Positions 1 to 11,300 of a stretch of 64,000 nucleotides of DNA are shown piece by piece (the first letter of the stretch is position 1; every line of letters begins with the position of its first letter). Both the position numbers and the translations under genes were made by a program. The stretch is taken from contig CM052828.1 of assembly GCA_028534125.1 (NCBI GenBank), positions 4,588,001 through 4,652,000 of the forward strand, given 5' to 3'. Origin of the DNA: Lama glama. Its lineage: Eukaryota. Under the pieces are notes generated by a model. That model saw only the letters and a list, made by a program, of their open reading frames with translations. It did not search any database and was not told the DNA's origin.

Positions 1-1312
1 GGGCTGAGGAAAAGTGCCCGGAAGCACTGGGGTCACCTGTGAAAAGACAAAAAATCTGCCCAGGAAGAAGGCGCAGCCCAGCACGATGGGACGGCAATGC
101 CGCCGTGACGCCGGGGATTCCAGAGAAGGATACTTAATCTTCGCTGATTTTTACACCAAGTGGCTTTGCTCTGGAAGCAAATGCCTTGTCAAACTTCTAT
201 TTCTGATTAAAGCCCATCTATTTAATGCTGTTTCTAGTGTTTTTCACCAGGTCCCTATTTTCTAAGACCTTGACCTTACACACATGGTGTGCTTAACTCT
301 GGTACTCTTCAAGAGCACAACCTCTGTTTACTCTGATTCCAGGTCCAAGCTAAGTCTAAGATTCTGTTAAAAAAAAAAAAAAAGTCTTGAAGTAGGACAC
401 AGGTGTCCCAGCAAAGACAAGAACAGGAAGAGGCTCCTCGCTGTCCCAGGTCTAGTCCCTTGGTCACACAGGTCAAAGGTCATCACTAGGATGCTGGCAG
501 AGAGACACTAGGGCTAAGAACCCTTTACTAAAATCAGTGCTTCTCAGTTTTTAATGTGCAAACAAAGCACCTGGGGACTTTATTAGTGCACAGGTTCTGA
601 CCTGTTAAGTTCCCAGGGGACGCTGGGCTGTGGACAGCGCTTTGAGAAGCATGTTGCGGGCATATGCAAAGTGTGGGGGTGGGCGTGGGGGAAGGGAGGC
701 ACCAGCTTGAGCCAGGATCAGAGAAACAGTTTCACACCTAGTAGGTGGGTCCTGCCAGGAATCTATATGCATGAATGGTTGAGGAGAACTCATTCTAAGG
801 AAGGAGGGAATCAGACAACAAGCCTCGTTGGGTAACAAGGGTCCTATTGAAACAGAGCCTGGATTCTGAGTGTGGCCAGGTCTCTGTCATTCAGATTTGC
901 AACCCAGCCCACCACCCAGTGACTCAGGCTTGAGTCTACGAGAGGATGAGCAAATCAAACCATGAAATCTGAGAACACTAAAAACTGTGTAAGACACTGG
1001 AGGAAAGGCAAAGTGCTGGCCCCTCACCAGTAGAGGCTAGGGCAGAACTGTGTGGACTAGGGTCCCAGGGAAGCATCATGACAGAACAGAACAGGACTAA
1101 GGACATGGGTATCTCAGGGAGATGAAGACCACAGGTGATTTCCTACATCTGAGCCACTCAGTGCCGAGGACAAATGTTATCTATTGAGAACAGCCCCTTT
1201 AAAGAAACCACTGTAACTGAGGCCAAAGGCACAAGCAGGAGTGCATGAATATACTGGAATAAATTCATACCTGGCCCTGAGAGATTTCTCCTTTGAAATG
1301 ATAGTGTGGCTA

Positions 1313-1600
1313 CATCATTCACTCATTCATTCATTCATTCATTCCAACACTGACCAAGAGCCTCCATACCAGGCATGACACAGGTGCTGGAGCTCTGAGG
1401 ACAGCTAAGACATGGCCTCTCCTCCCGCAAGAGCCAGAGCAGACACCCAAACAGAATACCAGCAATGCAAGGTGACAAGAACGGGAGGAGGGACCCAGAG
1501 AGCATAGGAGGTGACACATAGGAGTGGCGGAAACTAGGCTTCTGTCTGGGGCTGTACAGAGATGCTTACAGAGCTGGCGATTTCTGAGCTGAATTTTGGA
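1313..1600 (-). mobile_element. L2 3' end remnant
   Basis: (TCAT)n terminus followed by CCAGGCA...GGTGCTGG...AAGACATGG. Confidence 0.65.
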
Positions 1601-2244
1601 GGCAGGGGAGAAGATGCAGAGGGAGAAAAGGGGTCTTGCAGGCAGATAAACAGCACGAACACGGAATGATGAAAATGCAAGGCACAGCTAAAGATTAGTG
1701 AGTAATTTCTCTGACGGGGGTAGTTTCGGGCTGGGACACAGGGTGTGTGCAGCGAGGTGGTGGCAGACAAAACTGGTACCATAAGCCACAACTATTTAAA
1801 CCAGATCAGTTCAAAAGGAGGATTCCAACTGCTCACGAGAAAAATGAGCAGTCTTCTTACCAAATCTCTTGGAATATGAAGCAGCCACCATTCAGACATT
1901 CTTCATTAAACGCCTGATGGGCTTTTATATTTTTTCATATTAAAAAAGATGCCAGTTAGTTAAATAAATTACAGCACAGCTATGCCACGAAATGCTACAC
2001 AGTCATTAAAAACACTGTTGTAAAAAAAATTAATGGTGATGCCTTATAATATGAATGAAGCATTAAGTTTAGAAAAGCAGTTTAAATGTATTTTTTCACA
2101 GAGCAGCCTATAAACACGTATCAACCACTGCAGTATGCTCATATGGTCCTGATTGTGTGTATGTGTGTAAAAAAATTGTGTGCCAATGGCAGGAAAGACC
2201 ATTAAATGCATTCAATAAAATGAGAAATAAGATTTAAAAAGAGT

Positions 2245-2387
2245 GGGGAGGGTAGAGCTTAGTGGTAGAGCACATGCTTAGCATGCACGAGGTCCTAGTT
2301 CAGTCCCCAGTACCTCCATTAAACAATAATAATAAAATAAGTAAATAAATCTAATTACCTCCCCCCACAAAAGTATTAAAGAAAAAA
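2245..2387 (+). mobile_element. Camelid tRNA-derived SINE (vic-1 type)
   Basis: GGGGAGGGTAGAGCTTAGTGGTAGAGC...GGTCCTAGTTCAGTCCCCAGTACCTCC with A-rich tail; TSD AAGATTTAAAAA at 2229-2240 and 2388-2399. Confidence 0.9.
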
Positions 2388-5300
2388 AAGATTTAAAAAA
2401 AGATGCCAGCATTTAAAAAGAAATTTTAGCACTGTAATAATGTCATTCAACAGATATTTGAACATATGTACTCTGTTTAAGAGAGATTCCTCTTATATAC
2501 AAAATAGAAGAATGAAGAAATGTCAAGAATGAAGAAATGTAATATGAACACTGGGTTCTGTTCCTGGAGCCACCGCTAGCCAGCTGTTGACCTTGAAAAA
2601 AAAAATCCCTCAACTGCCCTGGGTGGATATTCTCATCTCTGAAGCAGTAGACTGAGTCCATGAGGCTCCATCTAGGCTGCCAATCTATGTGTCTGTGAGA
2701 GGAGATCTAAGCTCTCAAGGAGCTGCCAATCAGGTAGGAGCGATAATCAGACATGGCTCACAGGCCTCCAGCTTCTCCAAGACTGATGGGAAATCCCCAG
2801 GAATTCTTGACCCCGCCCCTCGACATCCGCCCCAGCAGCAATGCAGGAAATCCAGTCCACTATCTTCAGCAGACTCAATGGAACCATTTCCTTAATGAAA
2901 CCACCCCCCCCACCGCGGTCCCAGATACTAAGCCGGAGGCTTTCCTTTCAAGCCCTCCCTCCATTACCCCATTCCTCCCGTTTCCTTCCCCTCCCTCAAT
3001 CTGGTATAAAATCCAGCACTTTAATCAGCAGCGTGCAATTTCCAAGGCACCCAAGTGTGCGAGGGATCAGCAATGATCCTGGGAAGCATCTGGCAGGGGA
3101 TCGTGTCATCCTTCACAAGCCTCACCAGTATACCGAGCCCAGTGGAATGGAATGGACTGTTCTATTAAATCATTTAAGTCAAATGCAACAGATGCTTCTA
3201 ACCATTCCTAATGACACATTTTTACTTAAAAAAAATAAGGTCTGGTGTTATTTCAAATGTCCTTCCTCCTCTGTCCACAGTGACAAATGCTCTGCAAAGT
3301 GATGATATTTACTTGATATCCAACAAACTCCTGACCGTGCAGCTGAACCAAGACCCTAACACCAGCCAGCTCTGCATTTAACACCCAAGTACCAAGAGAG
3401 CTTCTATCACTCTCTCTCCACTCTCATACTCACTCGAATACACGTCTCAATTTAAAGCGCCACAGAAACTACTTACTCTGTTATTTGTCCTCACTTTGCA
3501 AATTCCGAAGCCAGAGTAAACATCAGTCATAACTTTCCAATGGATTGAGTAACATTCCTCAAGGACACTGCATTTCTTTTCATAGATACAAAAGGAATTT
3601 TGGGGGCAATGTATCATTTTCAATTTCTATATTATATACAGTCAAAGTAGATTTAGAATATCTCAATAGTTTCAGGAGGAACAAAGGGGTTATTTCATTG
3701 GTTCTAAAAAGTCATAAAAAATAGACTGAATTTTAAATAAAACGGTTAGTATCTTCGTTGAAATCTGAAACTCTTTTAGACTTAAGTTATTTGGGAATTC
3801 AAGTGAGCACTCATTAAAAAGAAAACAAGAAATGCACACGAGCATAAAATGAGTGGTATCCTTAGAAGAGATGATGTAACTGGAGTTATAAAGTAGATTC
3901 TCCTTCATAGAGTTACACATTCTGTTAGTAAACAAAGCTCAAGATAACGTTTACTACTGGTGTGGGCAAACTCTTAACAATTTAGCTCTTGCAACCCAAT
4001 AAAGAGCAAGGAGATGGGGTGGAATCAGGTGCATTCCACTAGTGAAAGAACAAATAACACACTGATTACTGAGAGCAAGGGGAACCAGTTCATCCTTCCA
4101 GCCCCAACTCTGGCATCACTGGGTTATCATCCATCCCATATGCACTGCAGTTAGGGGTGGGCGGCAAAGAGACACTCAGTCAGTCTATTTCTTGGAATCA
4201 TTTATCGAATTTTTGAGTTGGAAAAGGCCCCTAGTAATAACCATCTTGCTAACGTCTGAATTTTACAAATGAATACAAAACAAAAACTCCACTTAGTGCT
4301 CACTAGAAAAGAAACTGGATAGTCCACTAGAGAATTCTCAACAGGGAAAGGAAAAAACTTCATAAATAGATAAGGCTCCATCATTTGGAAAGCTACGTGG
4401 AGGGCTATGTAATTAACATTTCAAAACACGCAATTCCAAAAAACACAACAAAAAAACGGTGGCTTCATAAACCTTGGGGAAAACAAAAACTGTTATACAG
4501 TAAAATGAGCTTGAGAGATTTGTGACATTCATTTTGGAAATGAGTATTTTCGTGTACATTTTGATTTAACCTTATGTTACTAATTAGACTTCCCTCACAA
4601 AATTTGCAAGTGGGGCATTTTCAGTGAGTTATAGCAAACTGTACGTGTCAGTTGCTCCAAAGTTCAAGAAAAATGGGAGCAGACAAAAAGGGTCTGTGGC
4701 TTTAATCAAGGGTGTGGTGCCTTCAAAGTAAGAAAATGTGACTTTGAGCTGGAGAAAGGAAGGCTGGTATCCTTTTGAGAGGAAGAGACTGCAATACAGA
4801 GGTCTTGGAAGTATCTGAATTATTGACATCTTTTTATTTCCCAAGACATTTGGAAGATGGTAAATATACTCTTTATGGGGAAATGCATTATCTCTTTGTG
4901 TTACTGAACCTCTGATTATTTTATATCTCAGTGCACTGTGCATACACAGTATTAATAACACATAAATATTATATAGCACCCGACAGTGAGCAGACCTGGC
5001 CCGTGATGAGTGCATGTCGACTCCTTGTACAGGGCAGAAACTTGGCCCGTCTGTACTCCACTCCCCAGACACGCAGCCCCTCCGTTGAGCCTGAAAGCTC
5101 TGAGGCAACTTAGAAAGCAGGTGGCTGACTGTTTCACGGGAGGCAGCAGTTAACTGATGGCAAAAGCCTGTGGTTTACAAAGGCTCCATTTGCAATTACA
5201 AACCCCAGCTGCTGATAGAACATTCCCTAAACCCGCAGGTGAAGGAGTTCTCACCTTGACAATGTTTTGTCTTGCTTTCTCCCTGTAACACACATGTAAA

Positions 5301-7032
5301 AAATTTCAAAATCGCAAAAGACTTCCAAGATTTCTGCCTCATTTAAGTAAAATAAAATCTAAGAGAATCCTAACAGGATCTCATTCGCGTTTCTGAAAAG
5401 CTTCCACCGATCTTAAATTGCTCCTAAACCACGAACAGAACTAGACTTTGCTAGTTTTTGAAACAAAATAAAGATATATATGTGTGAAACAGAAAATCCA
5501 ATAAAACATACTTTTCCCGCCATGTTTTTAATTCACGGTAATTTGCCGATATTTACTTTTACATAACAGACGGACATTAGCAAGTTATTTTGATGCTCTA
5601 AGCAATTATATTTCAAAATTAGTGACTTTTCAAACCCCAAAAGGTATTTTTGAAATAGAAAAGCCGTACTTCATTTAACAGTTATTTTAGCAACAGTTCC
5701 AACTTAGAGCCAGCTCTCAGACGGTAGGTAGGACTTCGCCTTGCATCTCGGTAATTAGAACCATTACTTGTTTAGAAACGGATGGTCAAATTAGTCTTCC
5801 CACTGAGAAAGTATTATCTGTTACTGCCTTTTAACAAGTATTTTAAAAAATAAGCTCAACCCTACTGGCTTTCCCAAAGATCTTTGCAGAGACTTATTTT
5901 ACGTTATTGTAAATTTCGTACTTTACCTTTCTTCCATGATGCTTAAAAGACAAGCGCCCCCAAATCTGGCTCTTTGCGCCCAGGTGGACTGAACTAGGGG
6001 GTTTGGCCATATAGCCCCGCTGAGCAGAATGGCAAGTCCCGGTCGCTAAGTGCCCTTGGGTTTTGGCGCCTCTGTGGGAGCTGCCTCCACTCTAATCGCA
6101 GTACCACCTCCGGGCCCCCGGCAGTTTTCCCTGCCGCCTGCGGACCTCACCGATTCCTCAAACCGCATCTTTTGGTCCAAATCGTTTGCCCTTTCTTTTC
6201 GCGGAATGTAAAGGCTAGAATTGCAATTCCGAAACTTAACGGTATTTGGGTCCTCGACTGCCTTCGTCGGTTAGGGTCATTCAGGTCGGCGACCTGGGCT
6301 GGACCAGCGGCAGGGGCTCCACTCGAGGGACGGCGGCAGCGCGCTCAGGCCCAGCGGTCGGCGAGCGGCGGGAAGGAGCGGCCGCTGGGGGAAGGTTCCC
6401 CACGGCAAGCGGGCTCGGGGGCCCGAAGTGGTCAAAGGATACAGCTCTTGCCATCTCCTGGGATCTGTGTGCTCCCACCAGGAACGCAATTCCCTCCAAG
6501 GGGGCTCACCTCCTTCCCTCAGGAGGCGCGACGTCGTGGCCAGTGCCCAACATCACCAACTGCGGGTCTCAGCCCAGCCCCGGGGCAGCCTCGCGGGCGT
6601 CCTAGGAGCAGCCGCTCTGGGGGCGCCGCGGACCCGGCCAGGCCGCCTGAGAGCAGGCTTTGGGAGACCGGCAGGTCCGAGTGCTCAGCGCTCTCGGAGC
6701 CCAGAGCCTGGGCGGAGAGACCGGACTTGGAGGAGGTCGCCAGGCAGAGAGGATCAGCGACTCCAGCCGCAAAGGGGCAGCCGCTGCGTAGACCCGAGAG
6801 CGGCGATGCTCGCCGACCCCTGCAAGCTGCTCTCCGAAGCGCCTACCCCGACCGCTTGGCGGAGGAGAAAGGGCGCCATGGCCGCAGGAGTGCCCACCGC
6901 AACTAGTGCCGCGGGTTCCCCGCGAGCTCCGCACGGCTGCAGCCCGCCCTCCCCACGCGCACCCGGAGCCCCGGGGCGTGCCCCTGCCACCCAGCCAGCC
7001 CGCGCCGGCTTCCCGCTCGGGCCGCGCCTCAC

Positions 7033-7096
7033 CTGTGAAAAGCAGACCGCCGAGCAGCGCGCACAGCAGGACCCCGGTGTCCCAGCAGCTGACCAT
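7033..7096 (-). CDS. FLT1: FLT1 (VEGFR1) coding exon 1, signal peptide
   Basis: Minus strand reads ACC-ATG-GTC-AGC-TGC-TGG-GAC-ACC-GGG = MVSCWDTGVLLCALLGGLLFT+G, matching the human FLT1 N-terminus MVSYWDTGVLLCALLSCLLLTG. Strong Kozak (ACCATGG); 64 coding nt end in phase 1 at a G|GTGAG donor (7032). Confidence 0.98.
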
Positions 7097-7413
7097 GGTG
7101 AGCGCGACGCGGCCTGCCCGCCCGGTGCCCGCGCTCCTCGCGGGCGCCCGCCGCAGCCGCTCGAGCCTGTCTCCTCTCGCGCCGCCGCCGCCGGCCCCGC
7201 GCTCCGGCCCTACGCCCCGAGCGCCCCTCTCCGCGGCTCCAGCCGGAAAGACAGCCACTTCCCCCCGGTAATCCTCGCAGCCCGGCGTCCTCTGGCCGTT
7301 GCGTTCCAGCTCCGGAGCCCGCTCCGAGCTGCTGCCGCCGCCGCCGCCGCCGCCGGGGAGGAGCCTTGAGGAGCGTCCGCCCGGCGCGCTCCGAGCCTCC
7401 AGCGGATCTCGAT
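7097..7413 (-). other. FLT1: FLT1 5' UTR (exon 1), TSS inferred at ~7413
   Basis: Minus strand begins ATCGAGATCCGCTGGAGGCTCGGAGCGCGCC, like the human mRNA 5' end, 26-31 nt downstream of TATAAA. GC-rich, no upstream ATG. Confidence 0.85.
7328..7354 (-). repeat. (GGC)7(AGC)2 trinucleotide tract in FLT1 5' UTR
   Basis: Plus strand GCTGCT(GCC)7. Confidence 0.95.
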
Positions 7414-7427
7414 TAAGAGGAGCCGAG

Positions 7428-7437
7428 GGCGGGGGCA
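7428..7437 (-). promoter_or_regulatory. Sp1/EGR1-type GC element just downstream of TATA
   Basis: Minus strand TGCCCCCGCC: GC box intact; EGR consensus CGCCCCCGC has one mismatch. Confidence 0.65.
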
Positions 7438-7438
7438 A

Positions 7439-7444
7439 TTTATA
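7439..7444 (-). promoter_or_regulatory. FLT1 TATA box
   Basis: Minus strand GGTTATAAATT; TATAAA at -31..-26 from the inferred TSS. Confidence 0.9.
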
Positions 7445-7460
7445 ACCTTTCCCCCCACCC

Positions 7461-7467
7461 ACTTCCT
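7461..7467 (-). promoter_or_regulatory. Proximal ETS site of FLT1 promoter
   Basis: AGGAAGT on the minus strand at about -54..-48, the position of the known essential ETS motif. Confidence 0.85.
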
Positions 7468-7487
7468 ACCCCGGCACCTCCTTCCAG

Positions 7488-7495
7488 TGACGTCA
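7488..7495. promoter_or_regulatory. CRE/ATF site of FLT1 promoter
   Basis: Perfect palindrome TGACGTCA at about -82..-75, matching the known FLT1 CRE. Confidence 0.92.
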
Positions 7496-8349
7496 AGGGG
7501 TCCCCCACCCCTCATCCGCCTCCCCAACTACCCTCTTCCTCCGGGACCTGATTCCCTCCAGCTCCGGAGGGGGAGGGGACCGCCGGGGGCGGGGGAGGGA
7601 GCGTGCATGGGGAGGCGCGGGCGGCGGGGCCCCGCAGGGCCGCCGGGCAGGTTCACGGCTCCTGCTCCCGGCTTCTGCCTCCTCCCCTCCCTCCTTCCTT
7701 TAGCTCTCAGGAAATCCTTGCAGTCTCCCTCCGCCCGGCTTACTCAGCCCTGGGGGCCGCCCGAAGCTGGGAAGGGGACAGGGCTGGACCTCCACCGCCC
7801 GGCCCCCGGGGCGGAAAGTCCGACCCTGGGAAGCTGGCTGCGCCTCCGCGACGGTGTCCTTGGCACGGAGGGGCGAGGCGCAGGCCGGCTCCCTCCCTTT
7901 CCTTGCTCTTCCCGCGTTGTCCCGCCGCCCCCCGACTCCCTGCGACTCTCCCCAGACGTCTAGGAAGGCGCCGGACACCCTTGGCACAGGGGACTGCGCC
8001 AAGAGCTCCCGCGGGGACCGGACGCTCGGCTGGCACCTTCGGGAAGAGAGCGAAGCCTCTCAGGTCCCTGGGGAGCGCGTCTGTGGCTTTTTCGGCCGCA
8101 CATATGCACCCGCCCAAGTCATTTCCTAACCTCTCCGCTTCCTAGAAGCAAAACAAGCAATAACATCATGATACCTTTTAAAGGGCTGAAGCATGAAGCT
8201 GGTCCTTCAACTTTTAAGGGCCGAGCACTTGAACTTTATTTTCTAAGTGCTCGGAAAGAATCTTTCTGGTGGCAGCTTGCTACGCAGAATGAGTGACTCC
8301 ACTGCTCTTCGAACAAAACCAGGTGAAATTAACATGAGGCCCTAGATCT

Positions 8350-8389
8350 TTTGCGATGACACTAATTCCACCTTGTTCTCCAATTACGT
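8350..8389 (-). promoter_or_regulatory. Orthologue of the FLT1 -976/-937 hypoxia enhancer, with variant core
   Basis: Minus strand TTGGAGAACAAGGTGGAATTAGTGTCATCGCAAAA aligns to the recalled human TTGAGGAACAACGTGGAATTAGTGTCATCGTAAAT at the same distance from the TSS. Confidence 0.75.
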
Positions 8390-11300
8390 CTCCATTACCT
8401 CGAAGGCTGATACCGTCCTAGGCTCCACGGAGTAGCCAGTCTTGTCCCTGTAGATACTGCCGGTTTGAAAAATAGTTCTGTTAGAACCTGACGGATGGTC
8501 AGAATGTGATGGCTCCTAAAAACAGGGCCAGCGACTTTTACTGAAGGGCTGGACTGCCCCACGTTTGGGAAGGTTTAGGCAACTTGAAGTTGCCACACCT
8601 CTGGGCGGCACGGCGAGGACAGGTCGTCCCGCTGTGCGCCTCACGCGGGAAACATGCGTCTGCGCACCTGGCGCTGGGGCCCGGGAGCCGCAACCCCACG
8701 CAGCTCAGATCAGGGGAAGACCACGTGGAGCTTTTGTGCGCCTGCAGGCTTCACCGCCTTTTTTTCTATTTTTCCAGGGCTCCTCTCCACTCTCCCTGGC
8801 TCCTTTTCTCTACTACCCCAGACTTAATCTTGCAAAACCGGAGGATCATTCCGTGAACACTTGAGTATGAATCTCAGGATTAGAGGCTGACAGCCCTGAT
8901 CTTTCTCACAATCGGTCCCCCATCCTCAGTCATATCCTGGGACACACGCGCAGAGCCGAAATGTTCCACTGCCTCACTTCAGAGCTGTCGTCACTCCGAC
9001 GCTCTCTCCCAAGAAGAGGCTGTCAGCATCGCCCTTCGGCAGCCCCTCACAGAGCCAGACATTGTGTTGGGACCGAAACCATTGTGATGGGAAGATGTCT
9101 TCCAAGGGGCTTAGAATCTGGAAAGGAGGTTGACCATAAGCGCCCTGGCTGACGTTGCAGTACGAGGGTCACGGTGCTGGAGGGAGCTTGGGTCCAAGAT
9201 AGGCAGAGAAGAGGCGGTCTGTAGTACAATCTACAAAAGTTTACTACAGCTCTTCAAATGCTATTTGAGCTACAACACTCCACTTACCTGCTGCATGAAT
9301 CTACATTGAGTTCATTTGTGAAGCCAGAACAGCTATATGGTGGACAGTTGAAACAATCTTCAGAGCCTCAGATGTCAAGCAACAACAGTAGCATATTGCT
9401 CAATTATTTAAGGTTAAAAGAGTCCTGGTTGAATCTAACTTTACACCAAAATCATTCTGCACTAAGAGTGATCCTCCACAAATTCCCCAACTGTTCTTTG
9501 GAAAAGTTGCAGGCTTCTAATTATAGTCAGCAATTGCTTTACTACTTTTTCTTTTGTTAACTGCATTAGCCTCCTTCACAAAAAACTCAAAATGCTAAAA
9601 GTTACAAGGTTTTGTTTGTGATTTCATTTAGCTCGCATAAATTTTAGCATTTAGGTAGATGACTATCTAAGCTAAAATGATGGGAAATAAAAGTATGATT
9701 CTCAACCCTCCCCCTCCCTGCAAAAGAGATACGTTTGAATGAGAATGGGCTACAGCCCTCTTCTAAGTAAATCACTAACGAAAGGGGTTTTATAGATAAT
9801 AGTGATGGAAAAGATCAATTTCAACGTGCTTAGTGGGTATAAAAAGCTATTGAAGTAGACTAGCTGCTTGCTTCCTGCTCCCATACAAAAGAACATTTCA
9901 TCTCCTGCAAAACCAGACACTCTCTCTCGTTATCAGCTACAAACATTCTCTTGAGGATTCTTTCTAGTCCCTATTCAGAGGCACACTGTTGATAAAAACG
10001 AACAGCTTTAATATTCAAGAGTGAGAATAGTGTGGGCGCATCCGTGTGAGAGACAGAAGGGAACCCAGGGCCTCATCTTCCTACAGTGGACCAAGCGTGG
10101 AGCTGGTCAGCTTGCAGTCACTGGGGCTCAATCAGGACTTTGTTCCATGCACCCCCTTCTCTGTCCCCACACCAGGGGTTAGGTAGCTTCAGAGCAAAGA
10201 AAAACTGTAGTCCATGGCTCCATGCTGCATAGCATAAACACATAAGGTTGGGCACAAGAACCAAGTGACTTTATAGAAGTCTTCCATGTTATGTGAAAAA
10301 ACACTTCCTAGCGCATCTCCGTTTGACAGTTCAGGCTCCTAGCTCTAAGCAGCGCATGCTCACAGCTCCCGTGAGGCAGGCTCTGCTGAGCTCACCAGGC
10401 AGATGCACCTGTTCCCATTTCCAGATGCTGACAAGTTCTGGTGGCGTCCCTTGGGGGCCTGTGGGCGTGGACATGCTCCCTCTTGGCTCTTGCTTTAGCT
10501 CCACATGCTTCACCCAGCCCGTGACTACCTCCCTAGAGGCTGTGATGTAGACACTATACTTCTGTTACTGCAGCCCTAGATCAAAGGAGCCCTTCCTGTT
10601 GGCTCCTTGGTACCCTGGATGCCTGTGGGACTTTTTCTCGAGTTAAAAGCCCTGAGGCTCTTTCACAGGAGCTGTGGTCTGGCTGTACTGGATTAGTCAC
10701 AGCGTCTGACAACTCAAACTGCAGACCCTTATACACACTCTTATTAAACTTCTTGTTTGATTTAGTGCATCTTTCTGGCCTGTTGAAATCTTGCTCGTTT
10801 CCAATTCTGCCGTTCAATGCATTTTCTGTATGACCTGCTTCAAATTATTTCAAAACTTTGAAAAATGTGCCTTCTGTAGTATCAAAATGATTGACGAGGG
10901 CAGAGCTGAATGAATGAATAAAGGAAGGGAGGAAGGAAGGAAAGAAGAAAAGAAGGAAGGAAGGGTGAGAGGGAGGGAGGAATCCGTAGAGGCTGAGTAA
11001 ACCCAAGTATTCTTTGTGTCATTATCTCTAGATGTAGCTGCACCATTGGAGGCTGCACATTAGCTTAACATTTACCATGTCATTATTCAGGGATAATTGA
11101 TGGTCCTAGCAAGAGGAAACAAGACAGTTTAGTTTTATTCAAAATATTTTAGGAGAGTTTAAAAAAAAAGCCTAGACTGAGATCAACAGAGAAGACTGGG
11201 GCAGGAGAAAAGGCAAAACAGAGAAGGAACTAACTCCTGAAGGGAAAGCGGCTGGCCAAGGAAGTCTGCTCATCGTATTGATCATCTAACCAACAGAGGT

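Larger units (their letters stand above)
1..7032 (-). other. FLT1: FLT1 intron 1 (5' part; exon 2 lies outside the window)
   Basis: Follows the GTGAG donor; no Ig-domain coding exon recognisable in 1-7032. Confidence 0.9.
5950..8130. promoter_or_regulatory. CpG island over FLT1 promoter, exon 1 and start of intron 1
   Basis: Very high GC and dense CpG compared with CpG-depleted flanks; boundaries approximate. Confidence 0.93.

Noticed and set aside
2245-2320. tRNA genes at the A-box/B-box sequences (also 15184, 31260, 53306, 58670)
   Set aside because: Poly-A tails, TSDs, dispersed diverged copies and no proper acceptor stem identify them as SINEs.
6602-7032. Read-through of FLT1 exon 1 into intron 1 as a 164-aa secreted isoform
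   Set aside because: Strong G|GTGAG donor, GC-rich chance openness and no evidence of retention.
6172-8145. Long overlapping ORFs (244, 313, 286, 180, 158 aa) on both strands around the FLT1 promoter
   Set aside because: Stop-codon scarcity in a CpG island; Pro/Ala/Arg/Gly low-complexity products. Only 7033-7096 is recognisable coding sequence.
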